Assembly: GCF_054482525.1 (NCBI RefSeq)
Contig: NZ_CM137006.1
Reading direction: 5' to 3' (one strand)
Length of the DNA stretch: 64,000 bases
The stretch's first letter is position 1. Every line of letters begins with the position of its first letter. Below, in pieces: positions 36,932-48,066 of this stretch. The translations under genes were made by a program, and so were the position numbers. The notes under the pieces were generated by a model. It was not told where the DNA came from, did no database searches, and saw nothing but the letters and a program-made list of their open reading frames with translations.

Positions 36932-37522
36932 TTACTGTTTCGGACGCAGATCCTCATCAAATACCAGACGCTGCCTGCCAGGTTCAACTTCCCGCAATGG
37001 CTCGACTTGATGCAACGTCTGCTTACAGCGTGTCACCAGCACCTGGTACTCATGCGTGCCCTGCTTTTTCCATGCCAACTCCTGCTCACTGAGTTCACGA
37101 ATCGCTTTCGCCGGGCTGCCGACAATCAGGTAATTAGCAGGCATTTCTGCTTTGGCTTTCACAAATGCGGATGCGCCAACAATGCTGTTCTCGCCAATCA
37201 CCGCACCGTCCATCACTACCGCGTTCATTCCCACTAATGCATTGCGGCGGATAATGCAGCCGTGAAGGATAGCGCTATGACCAATATGTCCATCTTCTTC
37301 CACGACAGTATCCTGCTCGGGAAAACCGTGCATAACGCAATTATCCTGAATGTTCGCGCCATCTTTCACCACGATACGACCAAAATCGCCACGCAGGCTG
37401 GCATTTGGCCCAACGTAAACACCCTTGCCGAGAATAACATCGCCGATCAATACCGCTGTCGGATGAACAAAACTCTCTTCTGGCACAACCGGAGTCAGAC
37501 CGTCTATCTGATAAATTGGCAT
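36932..37522 (-). CDS. paaY: PaaY, hexapeptide-repeat thioesterase of the phenylacetate pathway
   Basis: 196-aa [51 protein letters not shown]...; left-handed beta-helix repeats. Confidence 0.9.
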   Translation of the reverse strand: MPIYQIDGLTPVVPEESFVHPTAVLIGDVILGKGVYVGPNASLRGDFGRIVVKDGANIQDNCVMHGFPEQDTVVEEDGHIGHSAILHGCIIRRNALVGMNAVVMDGAVIGENSIVGASAFVKAKAEMPANYLIVGSPAKAIRELSEQELAWKKQGTHEYQVLVTRCKQTLHQVEPLREVEPGRQRLVFDEDLRPKQ

Positions 37523-38454
37523 AACGCCTCCTGTTCAATATTCAAGCCGCCAAAACGTTGAAAATACAGGCTTCCCGGCGCAGGCAGTTCACCGACCGAG
37601 GTTTCACCTTTTTCACTAACGAACGCTAAAGCAGCAGGCGCTACGCGCTGATAAATGTTGATACACAGCTGACGCGCCGTATGCCCTGCCCAGTGAGCCG
37701 GAAGCAACTCCTCCGGCAACAATGGGTCTTTAAGGACGACACGGCGATAAAAATGGATCAGTAAAAGCTGAATATGAAATGCACGCTCCGGGGTTAACTC
37801 GTCTGCCGCCTCTTTTAACAGCGGCACCAGCGGGCGGAATGACTGAATAAAGGTTTCGTACATGGCATTTTGTTCAGTTAAATGCCAGCACTCTTCTACT
37901 CTGGCACGCAGTGCTGCACGAGAAAGCGCCAGTGGTATTTGCGCTTCAAAACAAATCACGTTATCCGCCACACCCGCTTCATGCAAAAGTGTCTGTACAT
38001 CGGCCAGTTTTTGCGACGGCGATGCCATCAGGCTGGGTGCCAGTGCGCCAAAACCTTGCCAGATCAACTGCTTTTTGACATCAGCCAGCGTTGATTTATC
38101 TAAACCTTCCGAGAGCAACAGGAGCCATTTACCATCCCATGCAGGTTGCTCTGCGCGATAAATTTTACTTTCTGCCCGTCGCGTCAGGCGCAAGCCTTTA
38201 TCACTGAGGCTATAGAAACTGCGTCGCCCGATGCGGGAAACATCCAGCCAGCCTTCTTTATTAAGACGAAACAAAGCGGTGCGCACGAAACGCTCACCAA
38301 ATCCCAGCCCTTCCAGCAAAGCAGCCAGACTACCCAGCCAGATTTCACCACCACGATGGGAAAGTGAATCACCATACAGAGAGGAGATCAAAGATGTGCC
38401 ACTGACAGGAACAGCGTTTACAGCATGTTGGATAAAAGTATCAAGTTTACTCAT
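37504..38454 (-). CDS. paaX: PaaX, repressor of the phenylacetate catabolon
   Basis: 316-aa [55 protein letters not shown]... Confidence 0.9.
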   Translation of the reverse strand: MSKLDTFIQHAVNAVPVSGTSLISSLYGDSLSHRGGEIWLGSLAALLEGLGFGERFVRTALFRLNKEGWLDVSRIGRRSFYSLSDKGLRLTRRAESKIYRAEQPAWDGKWLLLLSEGLDKSTLADVKKQLIWQGFGALAPSLMASPSQKLADVQTLLHEAGVADNVICFEAQIPLALSRAALRARVEECWHLTEQNAMYETFIQSFRPLVPLLKEAADELTPERAFHIQLLLIHFYRRVVLKDPLLPEELLPAHWAGHTARQLCINIYQRVAPAALAFVSEKGETSVGELPAPGSLYFQRFGGLNIEQEALCQFIR

Positions 38455-38554
38455 TCGATTCAGTCTGTTGTTATTGTTGTGATTTATGAATCATAGCACA
38501 GGTCGTATCGACTTCTGGCCCTGGCGGTTTACCTCACCAGGGCCAGGCGACACG

Positions 38555-39868
38555 TCAGGCACCAACAATATTGCGCAGATCAAACACCCGACACGCCTTG
38601 CCTTCTGAACGCGGGATACTGCCACAGTTAACGATCATCACATCGGTAGAGATCCCCACCATCGACTTAATCCGATGGCGTAGCTGGTGGCACACCTGGC
38701 AACGCTGCTCATGCGTCAATGTCAGGCTACTTTCTTTCAACTCCACTTTCACAGAAAGTGAATCAAGATGCCCCCGGCGGTTCACCTCCAGTTGGTAATG
38801 GGGCGATAAATGTTCGAATTTGACAATCTCTTCTTCCAGTTGTGACGGAAAGACATTTACACCGCGAATAATCAACATGTCATCGCTGCGTCCGCTGATG
38901 CGATCCATGCGGCGCATAGTCCGCGCCGTTCCTGGTAACAGTCGGGTTAAATCACGCGTGCGGTAACGAATGACCGGCAATGCTTCTTTGGTCAGAGTGG
39001 TGAATAACAGTTCGCCATGTTCACCATCGGCAAGCGGTGTGCCGTCATGAGGATTAACAATTTCAGGATAGAAATGATCTTCCCAAATGGTTGGGCCGTC
39101 AGTAGTTTCCAGACACTCCATCGCCACCCCCGGCCCCATCACTTCTGACAGGCCATAAATATCCAGTGCGGTGATCCCCAGGCGACGCTCAATCTCTTTA
39201 CGCATGGCCTGTGTCCACGGCTCAGCACCAAACACTCCAACTCGTAGCGAGCAACCGCTGGCATCACCGCCCAACTGACGCTCCAGCTCTTCAATCAGGT
39301 TAAGGCAATAAGATGGCGTAACCATGATCATATCTGGTTGAAAATCGCGGATCAGTTGCGCTTGTTTTTCTGTCTGCCCACCAGACATCGGGATCACCGT
39401 AGCGCCCAGACGTTCGGCCCCATAGTGCGCACCCAGCCCACCAGTAAACAGGCCGTAACCATAGGCGACATGAATTTTATCTTTGGGCGTGCCACCTGCC
39501 GCACGCAAGGAACGCGCTACAATATTGGCCCAGTTATCAATATCGTTTTGCGTATAGCCAACAACTGTCGGTTTACCTGTGGTTCCCGAAGAAGCATGAA
39601 TGCGCACCACTTGTTCCATCGGCACGGCAAAGGTGTCGAAAGGATAGTTGTCGCGCAGATCCTGTTTGGTGGTACAGGGAAATTTACGCAGGTCAGAAAG
39701 TTCCCTGAAATCATCAGGATGTACGCCTGCTGCGTCGAATTTGCGCCGATACATCGGGACATTTTCATACGCGTGTTTGAGCGTCCATTTCAGACGCTGT
39801 GTTTGCAACGCCTGTAACTCATCTACAGACGCGGTTTCAATCGGGTCAAGCTTTGTATTGGTTATCAT
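38555..39868 (-). CDS. paaK: Phenylacetate-CoA ligase
   Basis: 437-aa form from internal Met (MITNTKLDPIETASVDELQALQTQRLKWTLKHAYENVPMYRRKFD...). Confidence 0.9.
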   Translation of the reverse strand: MITNTKLDPIETASVDELQALQTQRLKWTLKHAYENVPMYRRKFDAAGVHPDDFRELSDLRKFPCTTKQDLRDNYPFDTFAVPMEQVVRIHASSGTTGKPTVVGYTQNDIDNWANIVARSLRAAGGTPKDKIHVAYGYGLFTGGLGAHYGAERLGATVIPMSGGQTEKQAQLIRDFQPDMIMVTPSYCLNLIEELERQLGGDASGCSLRVGVFGAEPWTQAMRKEIERRLGITALDIYGLSEVMGPGVAMECLETTDGPTIWEDHFYPEIVNPHDGTPLADGEHGELLFTTLTKEALPVIRYRTRDLTRLLPGTARTMRRMDRISGRSDDMLIIRGVNVFPSQLEEEIVKFEHLSPHYQLEVNRRGHLDSLSVKVELKESSLTLTHEQRCQVCHQLRHRIKSMVGISTDVMIVNCGSIPRSEGKACRVFDLRNIVGA

Positions 39869-39894
39869 TGTAGGGTACTCGCAGGTTGATATGC

Positions 39895-41100
39895 TCAAAC
39901 ACGCTCCAGAATCATGGCGATGCCCTGACCGACACCGATGCACATGGTGCATAATGCGTAACGACCGTTACGCCGATGCAGCTCATGGCTGGCAGCCAGT
40001 ACCAGGCGGGCACCACTCATTCCCAACGGATGGCCCAAGGCGATAGCGCCTCCGTTGGGGTTAACATATGGGGCATCATCAGGCAGCCCCAATTCGCGTA
40101 GTACACCCAATGCCTGGGCCGCGAACGCTTCGTTCAGTTCAATCACATCCATATCGTGAATACTCAGCCCTGCGCGTTCCAGCACCCGGCGAGTTGCAGG
40201 CACCGGACCAAGCCCCATCAGGCGCGGTTCCACCCCGGCGGTTGCCATGGCTACGATACGCGCCCGCGGTGTCAGTCCTTGCGCTGCTGCCATCTGTTCA
40301 CTGGCAATAATCAACGCAGCGGCTCCGTCATTCACCCCGGAAGCATTGCCTGCGGTAATCACCCCATTGGCACGAAATGGTGCTTTTAACCCACGTAACT
40401 GTTCCAGCGTCGTTTCCGGGCGCAGATGCTCATCATGTTGTATTTCTGTTACAACACCTTTCTTATTTTTCAAGACGACCGGAACAATCTCCTCAGCCAG
40501 AATGCCTGAGAATTGCGCTTTTGCCGTACGTTGCTGACTGCGTAGCGCAAAACTATCTTGATCTTCTCGTGATATTTTTAACAGTTCAGCTACATTCTCT
40601 GCCGTTTCCGGCATGCTGTCCGTTCCAAATTGCTGAGCCATGAGCGGGTTCACAAATCGCCAGCCAATAGTGGTATCGAACATCTCTGCCTGACGAGAAA
40701 ATGCACTGGCTGCCTTGCCCATAACAAACGGTGCCCGTGACATTGACTCCACGCCACCGGCGATTAGCAAATCGCCATCGCCCGCTTTAATCGCCCGTGC
40801 GGCATACCCCAGTGCGTCCAGCCCGGAACCACACAAGCGGTTAATCGTTGTGCCGGAAACACTCTGCGGCAGCCCCGCCAGTAAAGTCGCCATCCGGGCT
40901 ACGTTACGGTTATCTTCTCCCGCCTGATTAGCACAGCCGAGGATCACATCATCGATACATTCCGCATCGAGACGCGGGTTTCGCACCAGCAGCTCCCGCA
41001 AAGGGATAGCAGCCAGATCGTCAGCCCGAACACCTGATAATGCCCCGCCGTAGCGACCAATTGGCGTACGAATTCCGTCACAGATAAAGGCTTCACGCAT
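39895..41100 (-). CDS. paaJ: 3-oxoadipyl-CoA / 3-oxo-5,6-dehydrosuberyl-CoA thiolase
   Basis: 401-aa thiolase-family ORF; start overlaps the paaI stop (ATGA). Confidence 0.9.
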   Translation of the reverse strand: MREAFICDGIRTPIGRYGGALSGVRADDLAAIPLRELLVRNPRLDAECIDDVILGCANQAGEDNRNVARMATLLAGLPQSVSGTTINRLCGSGLDALGYAARAIKAGDGDLLIAGGVESMSRAPFVMGKAASAFSRQAEMFDTTIGWRFVNPLMAQQFGTDSMPETAENVAELLKISREDQDSFALRSQQRTAKAQFSGILAEEIVPVVLKNKKGVVTEIQHDEHLRPETTLEQLRGLKAPFRANGVITAGNASGVNDGAAALIIASEQMAAAQGLTPRARIVAMATAGVEPRLMGLGPVPATRRVLERAGLSIHDMDVIELNEAFAAQALGVLRELGLPDDAPYVNPNGGAIALGHPLGMSGARLVLAASHELHRRNGRYALCTMCIGVGQGIAMILERV

Positions 41101-41522
41101 CAGGCTTCTCCTGTAATGGTGCCGCCGATGCGGTGAGATTTACCGCGAAACAGCGCAACCGTTTTTTGTTGTTGGTTAACAATTTCGATGTCGTAAACAC
41201 CGGTTTGCTTGCCCTGATGACGTACCTGCGCAGTAGCAGTTAAGGTGTCTCCGGCAAAGCCTGGACGCAAAAAATCAATCGTGCAGGCAGAAGCGACGGC
41301 TGCCAGCCCCTGGCTATTGCAGGCGTAGGCAAAGGCAGTATCAGCCAGTGAAAATAGCTGCCCGCCGTGGCAACTTTGATGACCATTAAGCATTTGTGCA
41401 GTGACGGTCATGGTCACTACAGCAAAGCCTTCATCCATTGAGATAATGTCGATGCCAAGCGCTTTGGCGCAGGCATCGTTCTCATACATTGCATGGGCAT
41501 TTTGCCAGGCCTTATGACTCAT
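41100..41522 (-). CDS. paaI: Hotdog-fold acyl-CoA thioesterase PaaI
   Basis: 140-aa form MSHKAWQNAHAMYENDACAKALGIDIISMDEGFAVVTMTV... Confidence 0.9.
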   Translation of the reverse strand: MSHKAWQNAHAMYENDACAKALGIDIISMDEGFAVVTMTVTAQMLNGHQSCHGGQLFSLADTAFAYACNSQGLAAVASACTIDFLRPGFAGDTLTATAQVRHQGKQTGVYDIEIVNQQQKTVALFRGKSHRIGGTITGEA

Positions 41523-42939
41523 AACCGCTCTCCAGAAGCGCTCGTTGGCGCAGCAATGAACATGGGCGATAGCGTTCTTCGCCATAGTGATGTTGTAGAT
41601 TTTCCAGGAGCCTTAATATTCGCTGCCAGCCAAGTTGCGCTCCCCAGGCAAGCGGGCCATATGGATAATTCACCCCAAGACGCATGGCGGTATCGATATC
41701 CTGTTCAGAGGCCACACCTTTTTGCAGCGCATCGAGGGCTTCATTGATGATCATTGCTACCGTTCGCCAAATCAGCATTCCTGGGTAATCTGCAATTTGC
41801 AGCACTGTTTTGCCCTGCTGTTGCAGGTAATAAATGGCTTTGCGGGTCGCTGAGTCCGGGTTCACCGCTGCAGCAGCAATGGTCACCACCTTGCCCGCCA
41901 TTTTGTCGATCACTACCACCGGGCGCGCCAGTCGTGTTGCCAACGCCTGTGCCGTCTCGCCTTGTGTCTCAATCAATAAAACATCGTCAATTTCCGTGAC
42001 GCCGTCACTTTTATTTTCTACTTTCATTGGGCTAAAACTGTCGCTTACCGCTTCCAGGCCAACAACTGCCTCACGTTCCGCGCGCCAGTCGTACACGCCA
42101 AGCCCACTTTTTTTGCCCAACCGTCCACCAATCACCAGTTCTTGTTGCACCAGCGAAGGTAAAAAACGACGCTCCTGCCAGAAAGCGTTAAACACCGAAC
42201 AGGTGACAGCAAAATTGACGTCCTGACCAATCAGATCGGTTAATTCCAGCGGCCCCATCGGGAAACCAGCACCATCGCGAAGCGCAGCGTCAATCACTTC
42301 TGGTGAAGCAACCTGCTCTTCCAGTGCCCGCCAGGCCTCGGAATAATAAGGACGCGCAACACGGTTAACGATAAATCCAGGTGTCGAATGACAGCGCACA
42401 GGCTGCTTACCCCAACTCAACGTCAGTTCACACAACTGCTCAACAACTTCCGCCGCCGTTGCCAGCCCACTGACCACCTCCACCAACTTCATGACAGGTG
42501 CCGGGTTAAAAAAATGCAGCCCCGCAACACGTTCAGGATTTTTTACCTCCGCAGCAATCGCGGTAATAGAGATTGACGATGTGTTAGTGGTCAATAGCGT
42601 TTGTGGCGGGCAAACTTCTGCCAGTTGTGCAAAGAGCGCTTTTTTAACTTCCAGACGTTCAGACGCCGCTTCAATGACCAGCTCCGCTGCTGCCAGCGCG
42701 TGAATATCGGTCACCGGGATCAGGCGTTTCAATGTGCGTTCACAGGTTTCAGCAGTCAGTTTTCCCCGCGTCACGCGTGAATTTAGCCGCGCGTGTATCC
42801 CGTCGATTGCGCGGGTCAGCGCTTCAGCAGAAATGTCATACAGTAAAACCTGATGTCCATGACTGGCGGCAACTTCAGCAATGCCAGCCCCCATGGTGCC
42901 GCTCCCAATCACTGCCACAGTTTGCACATTTATCATCAT
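41512..42939 (-). CDS. paaH: 3-hydroxyadipyl-CoA dehydrogenase
   Basis: 475-aa form MMINVQTVAVIGSGTMGAGIAEVAASHGHQVLLYDIS...; NAD-binding GxGxxG. Confidence 0.9.
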   Translation of the reverse strand: MMINVQTVAVIGSGTMGAGIAEVAASHGHQVLLYDISAEALTRAIDGIHARLNSRVTRGKLTAETCERTLKRLIPVTDIHALAAAELVIEAASERLEVKKALFAQLAEVCPPQTLLTTNTSSISITAIAAEVKNPERVAGLHFFNPAPVMKLVEVVSGLATAAEVVEQLCELTLSWGKQPVRCHSTPGFIVNRVARPYYSEAWRALEEQVASPEVIDAALRDGAGFPMGPLELTDLIGQDVNFAVTCSVFNAFWQERRFLPSLVQQELVIGGRLGKKSGLGVYDWRAEREAVVGLEAVSDSFSPMKVENKSDGVTEIDDVLLIETQGETAQALATRLARPVVVIDKMAGKVVTIAAAAVNPDSATRKAIYYLQQQGKTVLQIADYPGMLIWRTVAMIINEALDALQKGVASEQDIDTAMRLGVNYPYGPLAWGAQLGWQRILRLLENLQHHYGEERYRPCSLLRQRALLESGYES

Positions 42940-42940
42940 G

Positions 42941-43729
42941 CTATTTCCCCGTGAACTGCGGTGAGCGTTTAGCCAGGAACGCACTGACACCTTCACGATA
43001 ATCTGCGCTCCGTCCGGCAAGTCGCTGATAGTCACGTTCCAGATCCAGTTGCGTATCGAGCGTATTGGTTTCAGCGCTATTTATCGCTTGCTTGATAAGT
43101 CCAAGACCAAATGTCGGTTGTGTCGCCAGATGCCGTGCTAGCTGTTGCGCGGTATCTGCCAGCGTTTCATCATCAACAACCTGCCAGATCATCCCCCATT
43201 CGTGCGCCTGTTCAGCACTCAGTTGATTCCCCAGCAGTGCCAGCCCTAGGGCGCGCGCTCGTCCGGCAACGCGTGGCAGTAACCAGGTACCACCGCAGTC
43301 GGGTACTAAACCTAATTTACTAAACGCCATGACGAATTTTGCTGAACGGGCAGCAATAACGATGTCGCATCCCAGTGCCAGTGTTGCGCCAGCTCCTGCC
43401 GCCACGCCATTGACTGCACAGATCACCGGTTTTGGCAGTTTTGCAAGGCGACGTACCAGTGGGTTATAGAAACGCTCCACTGACATACCTAAATCCGGTG
43501 CGGGGCCTGTGGGATCAACATTACGATCGTTAAGATCCTGACCAGCACAAAATCCGCGCCCGGCACCTGTAATTAACAGGCAACGGATAGTGTCGTCGCG
43601 CTCGGCCTGTTTCAGGCTCTCTGCGAGTTGTGCGTGCATCTCATCATTAAAACTGTTCAGGCGTTCCGGGCGGTTGAGCGTTAGTGTCATCACGCCCTTT
43701 TCTACATGACTGAGGATGAATTCCATCAT
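42941..43729 (-). CDS. paaG: Crotonase-family isomerase (1,2-epoxyphenylacetyl-CoA isomerase)
   Basis: 262-aa enoyl-CoA hydratase/isomerase-fold ORF. Confidence 0.9.
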   Translation of the reverse strand: MMEFILSHVEKGVMTLTLNRPERLNSFNDEMHAQLAESLKQAERDDTIRCLLITGAGRGFCAGQDLNDRNVDPTGPAPDLGMSVERFYNPLVRRLAKLPKPVICAVNGVAAGAGATLALGCDIVIAARSAKFVMAFSKLGLVPDCGGTWLLPRVAGRARALGLALLGNQLSAEQAHEWGMIWQVVDDETLADTAQQLARHLATQPTFGLGLIKQAINSAETNTLDTQLDLERDYQRLAGRSADYREGVSAFLAKRSPQFTGK

Positions 43730-44496
43730 TAGCGTCCTTTAAAGTCGGGCGTGCGTTTTTGTAAGAAAGCGGAGATGCCTTCATGACGATCTTCTGTTGC
43801 CGCCAGCAAGGTGAATAACTGTCGCTCCTGGGCAAGTCCGGCTTGCAAAGCCACTTCCTGCGACTGGCGCAGCGCTTGCTTTGCCGCTTGTAAGGCCAGC
43901 GGCGAGTGACGTGCCATTTTCGACGCCAGCTGTAAGGCGTATTCGAGGGTTAAATCGCTGGGGAAGACGTCGCTAACCAGCCCGGCCTGCAGTGCTTGCT
44001 GGGCGGTGATGCTTTCTCCGCTCAGCACCATTTTGCTGGCTAACGATTTACCGACACTACGGATTAAACGTTGCGTTCCGCCTGCGCCCGGCATGATGCC
44101 GAGAGTGATTTCCGGCAACCCAAAACGCGCGCTCTCTCCGGCAACCACCACATCGCACAACAATGCCAGTTCGCAACCCGCACCAAGCGCGTAACCATTG
44201 ACGGCTGCGATGAGTGGTTTGTTAAAGGCCTGCAATCGCGCCCATAGCTGGGGACGTGTATCGTTTAAGGTGGCCGCAAGATCTTTTTCCGCCATTTCGT
44301 TGAGATCGGCCCCGGCGGCAAAAAAGCGTGCATTACCGGTAATCACACAGACCGAAATACTGCTATCGGTAGCCGCAGCTTCCAGTTCATTTACCAGTTG
44401 CGTCAGCAGAGCATTATTCAGTGCATTACGTGCGGCGGGACGGTTAAGGGTCAGTAACAATACTTGTTGCTGACGGCTGACGATCAGTTCGCTCAT
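43729..44496 (-). CDS. paaF: Enoyl-CoA hydratase (2,3-dehydroadipyl-CoA hydratase)
   Basis: 255-aa crotonase-fold ORF. Confidence 0.9.
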   Translation of the reverse strand: MSELIVSRQQQVLLLTLNRPAARNALNNALLTQLVNELEAAATDSSISVCVITGNARFFAAGADLNEMAEKDLAATLNDTRPQLWARLQAFNKPLIAAVNGYALGAGCELALLCDVVVAGESARFGLPEITLGIMPGAGGTQRLIRSVGKSLASKMVLSGESITAQQALQAGLVSDVFPSDLTLEYALQLASKMARHSPLALQAAKQALRQSQEVALQAGLAQERQLFTLLAATEDRHEGISAFLQKRTPDFKGR

Positions 44497-45563
44497 GCCA
44501 TCCCCTTCGCGTCAAAGTCAACCACCACATCGCTGGTCAGCGGCAGTGCCTGGCAACTCAACACATAGCCTGCGGCCAGTTCATCCGGTTCCAGACTGTA
44601 ATTGGTTTCCATCGCCACTTTGCCACGCAGCACTTTGCATTTGCAGGTCGCACAGACGCCGCCTTTGCAGGCATAGGGCAGATCAGCCCCCTGGCGCAAT
44701 GCCGCATCGAGAATGCTTTCATCGTCGGCATTAAGCACGATTTCCCGATCCCGCCCATCCTGACGTACAGTCACTTTTTGTCCGTCACTTTGCACGTTAA
44801 CGCTACGTTTGACGCGCGTGCCAGGCGTATTAAACCGCTCCAGATGAATCGCTTTTTCTGGCATTCCCAGTGCTTTTAAGGCGGTTTCCGCGTCATCCAT
44901 CATCGCCGCCGGACCACAAATAAACGCCTCATCATAAAGACGAAAATTAATGAGCGAGGCCCCAAGTGACTGTAATTTTTCACCGTCAATACGCCCGTGA
45001 AGCAGATCGCTGTCGAGAGTTTCCTGACTGAAAATGCACAACAACTGTAAACGCTGAGGATATTTGTCTTTCAGGTCTGCCAGTGCCTGGCGAAACATCA
45101 TGCTCTGGCTGGTACGGTTACCGTAGATCAGGGTGAACTGACTTTCAGACTCGGTTTGTAAAGTGGTGGCGATAATCGCCAGCATTGGCGTAATACCTGA
45201 TCCTGCTGCAATTGCCAGATAGCGGCCCTGACGTTCGGCCTGCGGCTGATAGCCGAAATGCCCCTGCGGCACCATGACCTCCAGCGTCATACCCTGGCGG
45301 ATGTGTTCGCGGGCATAGCGGGAGAAATGTCCGCCTTCAATGGCTTTCACCGCCACACTAATTTCGCCAGGCAGGTAGCTGCGGCAAATGGAGTAACAAC
45401 GGCGTAATTCTTCACCATTAAGGCTGGCTTTTAAGGTCAAATGTTGACCGGGGCGAAAGCGATACGCCTCCTGCAAAGGCTGGGGCACCGCAAAGGTAAT
45501 GGTCACCGCATCACGGGTTTCCGGCTCCACTTTTGCCACCGTTAAGGAATGAAACGTTGTCAT
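44493..45563 (-). CDS. paaE: Reductase subunit of the ring 1,2-phenylacetyl-CoA epoxidase (ferredoxin-NADP reductase-like with 2Fe-2S domain)
   Basis: 356-aa form from internal Met (MTTFHSLTVAKVEPETRDAVTITFAVPQPL...); C-terminal CxxxxCxxC...C plant-type ferredoxin motif; track ORF extends 70 codons upstream. Confidence 0.9.
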   Translation of the reverse strand: MTTFHSLTVAKVEPETRDAVTITFAVPQPLQEAYRFRPGQHLTLKASLNGEELRRCYSICRSYLPGEISVAVKAIEGGHFSRYAREHIRQGMTLEVMVPQGHFGYQPQAERQGRYLAIAAGSGITPMLAIIATTLQTESESQFTLIYGNRTSQSMMFRQALADLKDKYPQRLQLLCIFSQETLDSDLLHGRIDGEKLQSLGASLINFRLYDEAFICGPAAMMDDAETALKALGMPEKAIHLERFNTPGTRVKRSVNVQSDGQKVTVRQDGRDREIVLNADDESILDAALRQGADLPYACKGGVCATCKCKVLRGKVAMETNYSLEPDELAAGYVLSCQALPLTSDVVVDFDAKGMA

Positions 45564-45570
45564 GGCATCC

Positions 45571-46068
45571 TCAAATACATTTGAAATAATCGAAAGGTTC
45601 GCGACAGCTATCGCAGCGATACAATGCTTTGCAGGCCGTGGAACCAAATTCACTGATAAGTGTGGTATGGACGCTGGCGCAACGCGGGCAACGTACTTCT
45701 GGCGGCAAATGGGCATGACAACTGTGCCCGGCGGGCGGGCTAATGCCATACTGTCGCAGACGCTCACGGGCATCGGGGGTCATCCAGTCGGTGGTCCATG
45801 CCGGGTCGAGTTGCAGCACAACCTGAACGGGGGTAAACCCGTTGGTTGTCATTGCCTCACGTATCGCGCCAATCAAATGTTCCGTTGCCGGACAACCGGA
45901 ATATGTCGGCGTAAAGCCGATCACCCATCCTTCTCCCATCTGTGTCACATTACGCACCATGCCTAAATCGGTAATGGTCAGCACCGGGATCTCCGGGTCC
46001 GGGATCTGGCTGAGTAGCGCCCATATCTCATGCACCTGTGGAGGTGCAATGGTGGCCAGACGTTGCAT
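45571..46068 (-). CDS. paaD: PaaD, epoxidase assembly/maturation subunit
   Basis: 165-aa form MQRLATIAPPQVHEIWALLSQIPDPEIPVLTITDLGMVRNV... Confidence 0.85.
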   Translation of the reverse strand: MQRLATIAPPQVHEIWALLSQIPDPEIPVLTITDLGMVRNVTQMGEGWVIGFTPTYSGCPATEHLIGAIREAMTTNGFTPVQVVLQLDPAWTTDWMTPDARERLRQYGISPPAGHSCHAHLPPEVRCPRCASVHTTLISEFGSTACKALYRCDSCREPFDYFKCI

Positions 46069-46082
46069 ACCCATCTCCTCTG

Positions 46083-46829
46083 TTACCATTGCTGACCGGG
46101 CAAGACACGCTGGAGATACTGCATTTCTGCCAGCATGGGTCCAAGGTGTTCGGTATGCAGTCCTTTTTTACCGCCAGTGCGATACGCCTGCTCTTGCGGT
46201 ACGTTCAATGTGGCTTCGTTGATCCCGGCAAAAACTTCGGCTTCCCACGCTGCACGTAAAGTGCGTGGATCAACCGCAATACCCTCTTCACTCAGTGCAA
46301 TATCAATCTCGTCGGCATCGAACAGTTCGGCGGTAAAACGCCACAACTTGTCGATGGCCTGCTGCATCTTTTGCCCTGATACGTCAGTCCCATTGCCCAG
46401 TCGCTCCAGCCAACCACGACTAAAACGCAGGTGATAACGCGCTTCTTTGATTGCTTTGGCAGAAATCGCCGCCAGTTGCGGATCACGGCTTTCCATCAGA
46501 CGGGTAAAGAGCGCCACATGCCATGCATCGATGAAATACTGACGTGCAATGGTGTCGGCAAAATTGCCGTTTGGTTGTTCAACCAACAATAAGTTGCTGA
46601 ACTGGCGCTCGTCTCGGGTGAAGGTCAGGGTATCTTCATCGCCTTCTCCCGCTAATTCAGCGGCATACGATAAGAAGTTGCGTGCCTGACCTAATAAATC
46701 GAGGCCAATGTTTGCCAGTGCGAGATCGATTTCCAGTTCCGGTGCGTGACCGCACCATTCACCCAACCGCTGGGAGAGCACCAGGCAGTTATCGCCCAGG
46801 CGCAAGGTGTAAGCCGTTAACTGATTCAT
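46083..46829 (-). CDS. paaC: PaaC, structural subunit of the ring 1,2-phenylacetyl-CoA epoxidase
   Basis: 248-aa form MNQLTAYTLRLGDNCLVLSQRLGEWCGHAPELEIDLALANIGLD... Confidence 0.9.
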   Translation of the reverse strand: MNQLTAYTLRLGDNCLVLSQRLGEWCGHAPELEIDLALANIGLDLLGQARNFLSYAAELAGEGDEDTLTFTRDERQFSNLLLVEQPNGNFADTIARQYFIDAWHVALFTRLMESRDPQLAAISAKAIKEARYHLRFSRGWLERLGNGTDVSGQKMQQAIDKLWRFTAELFDADEIDIALSEEGIAVDPRTLRAAWEAEVFAGINEATLNVPQEQAYRTGGKKGLHTEHLGPMLAEMQYLQRVLPGQQW

Positions 46830-46837
46830 TTCCGACC

Positions 46838-47125
46838 TCACATGTGCTCAATGCCATCAGGGATGGTGTAAAACGTTGGATGGCGATAGACCTTGCTTTC
46901 AGCCGGATCAAAAAATTCACCGCGTTCTTCCGGTTGCGAGGCAACAATTTCACTCGCCTTCACCACCCAAATTGAACATCCTTCGCTACGACGGGTATAA
47001 GCATCACGGGCATTTTCCAGTGCCATCCGCTCATCGGCAGCATGTAAACTGCCAACATGGCGGTGTGATAATCCCTGTTTGCCACGCACGAAAACTTCGT
47101 ATAACGGCCAGTAAACATTACTCAT
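46838..47125 (-). CDS. paaB: PaaB, small subunit of the epoxidase
   Basis: 95-aa ORF MSNVYWPLYEVFVRGKQGLSHRHVGSLHAADERMALENARDAYTRRSEG... Confidence 0.9.
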   Translation of the reverse strand: MSNVYWPLYEVFVRGKQGLSHRHVGSLHAADERMALENARDAYTRRSEGCSIWVVKASEIVASQPEERGEFFDPAESKVYRHPTFYTIPDGIEHM

Positions 47126-47136
47126 TTTGAAACTCC

Positions 47137-48066
47137 TTATGCGACCTTACAGGCATGTTGTTTTTGTGCATGGGCCAGCGCTGCTTCCCGTACCCAGGTA
47201 CCTTCTTCCCAGGCTTTACGTTTGGCGTCGAGCCGCTCCTGATTACAAATTCCGCGACCGTTTATCACTTCGTTAAACTCCTGCCAGTCGATCTCACCAA
47301 AGCGGTAGTGACCGCTTTCAGTATCAAAATGCAGATCCGGGTCAGGAACGGTCATACCGAGCATTTCAACCTGTGGAACGGTGTTATCCACGAAACGCTG
47401 GCGGAGTTCGTCGTTGGTGAAACGTTTGATTTTCCAGGCGAGACTTCTGGCGCTGTTTGGCGAGTTATCATCGTTTGGCCCGAACATCATTAAGGCTGGC
47501 CACCAGAAACGGTTAATGGCGTCTTGCAACATCTGCTTTTGAGCTTCGCTGCCCTGCGCCAGTGCCATGCAGGCTTCAAACCCCTGACGCTGGTGAAAAC
47601 TCTCTTCTTTGCAGATTTTCACCATTGCTCTGGCATACGGGCCATAAGAAGTGCGGCATAACGCCACCTGATTGACGATCGCTGCGCCATCCACCAGCCA
47701 GCCGATAACGCCGATATCAGCCCAACTCAATGTCGGATAATTAAAGATGGAGGAATATTTCATCCGTCCGTCGAGCATTTTTTGGTAGATGTCTTCTCTG
47801 GCACAGCCCAGTGTTTCGGCGGCGCTATAGAGATACAGACCATGACCGGCTTCATCCTGCACTTTGGCTAACAGAATGGCTTTACGCCGCAAGGTTGGTG
47901 CGCGAGTGATCCAGTTACCTTCAGGCAACATACCAACAATCTCGGAGTGCGCATGCTGCCCAATCTGGCGGATCAATGTCTTTCGGTAAGCATCGGGCAT
48001 CCAGTCCTGCGGCTCGATAGCCGTTTCCTGGGCTATCCGTTGCTCAAAGCGTTCTTCTTGGGTCAC
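47137..48066 (-). CDS. paaA: PaaA, catalytic subunit of the ring 1,2-phenylacetyl-CoA epoxidase (di-iron)
   Basis: 309-aa ORF beginning with GTG ([50 protein letters not shown]...). Confidence 0.9.
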   Translation of the reverse strand: MTQEERFEQRIAQETAIEPQDWMPDAYRKTLIRQIGQHAHSEIVGMLPEGNWITRAPTLRRKAILLAKVQDEAGHGLYLYSAAETLGCAREDIYQKMLDGRMKYSSIFNYPTLSWADIGVIGWLVDGAAIVNQVALCRTSYGPYARAMVKICKEESFHQRQGFEACMALAQGSEAQKQMLQDAINRFWWPALMMFGPNDDNSPNSARSLAWKIKRFTNDELRQRFVDNTVPQVEMLGMTVPDPDLHFDTESGHYRFGEIDWQEFNEVINGRGICNQERLDAKRKAWEEGTWVREAALAHAQKQHACKVA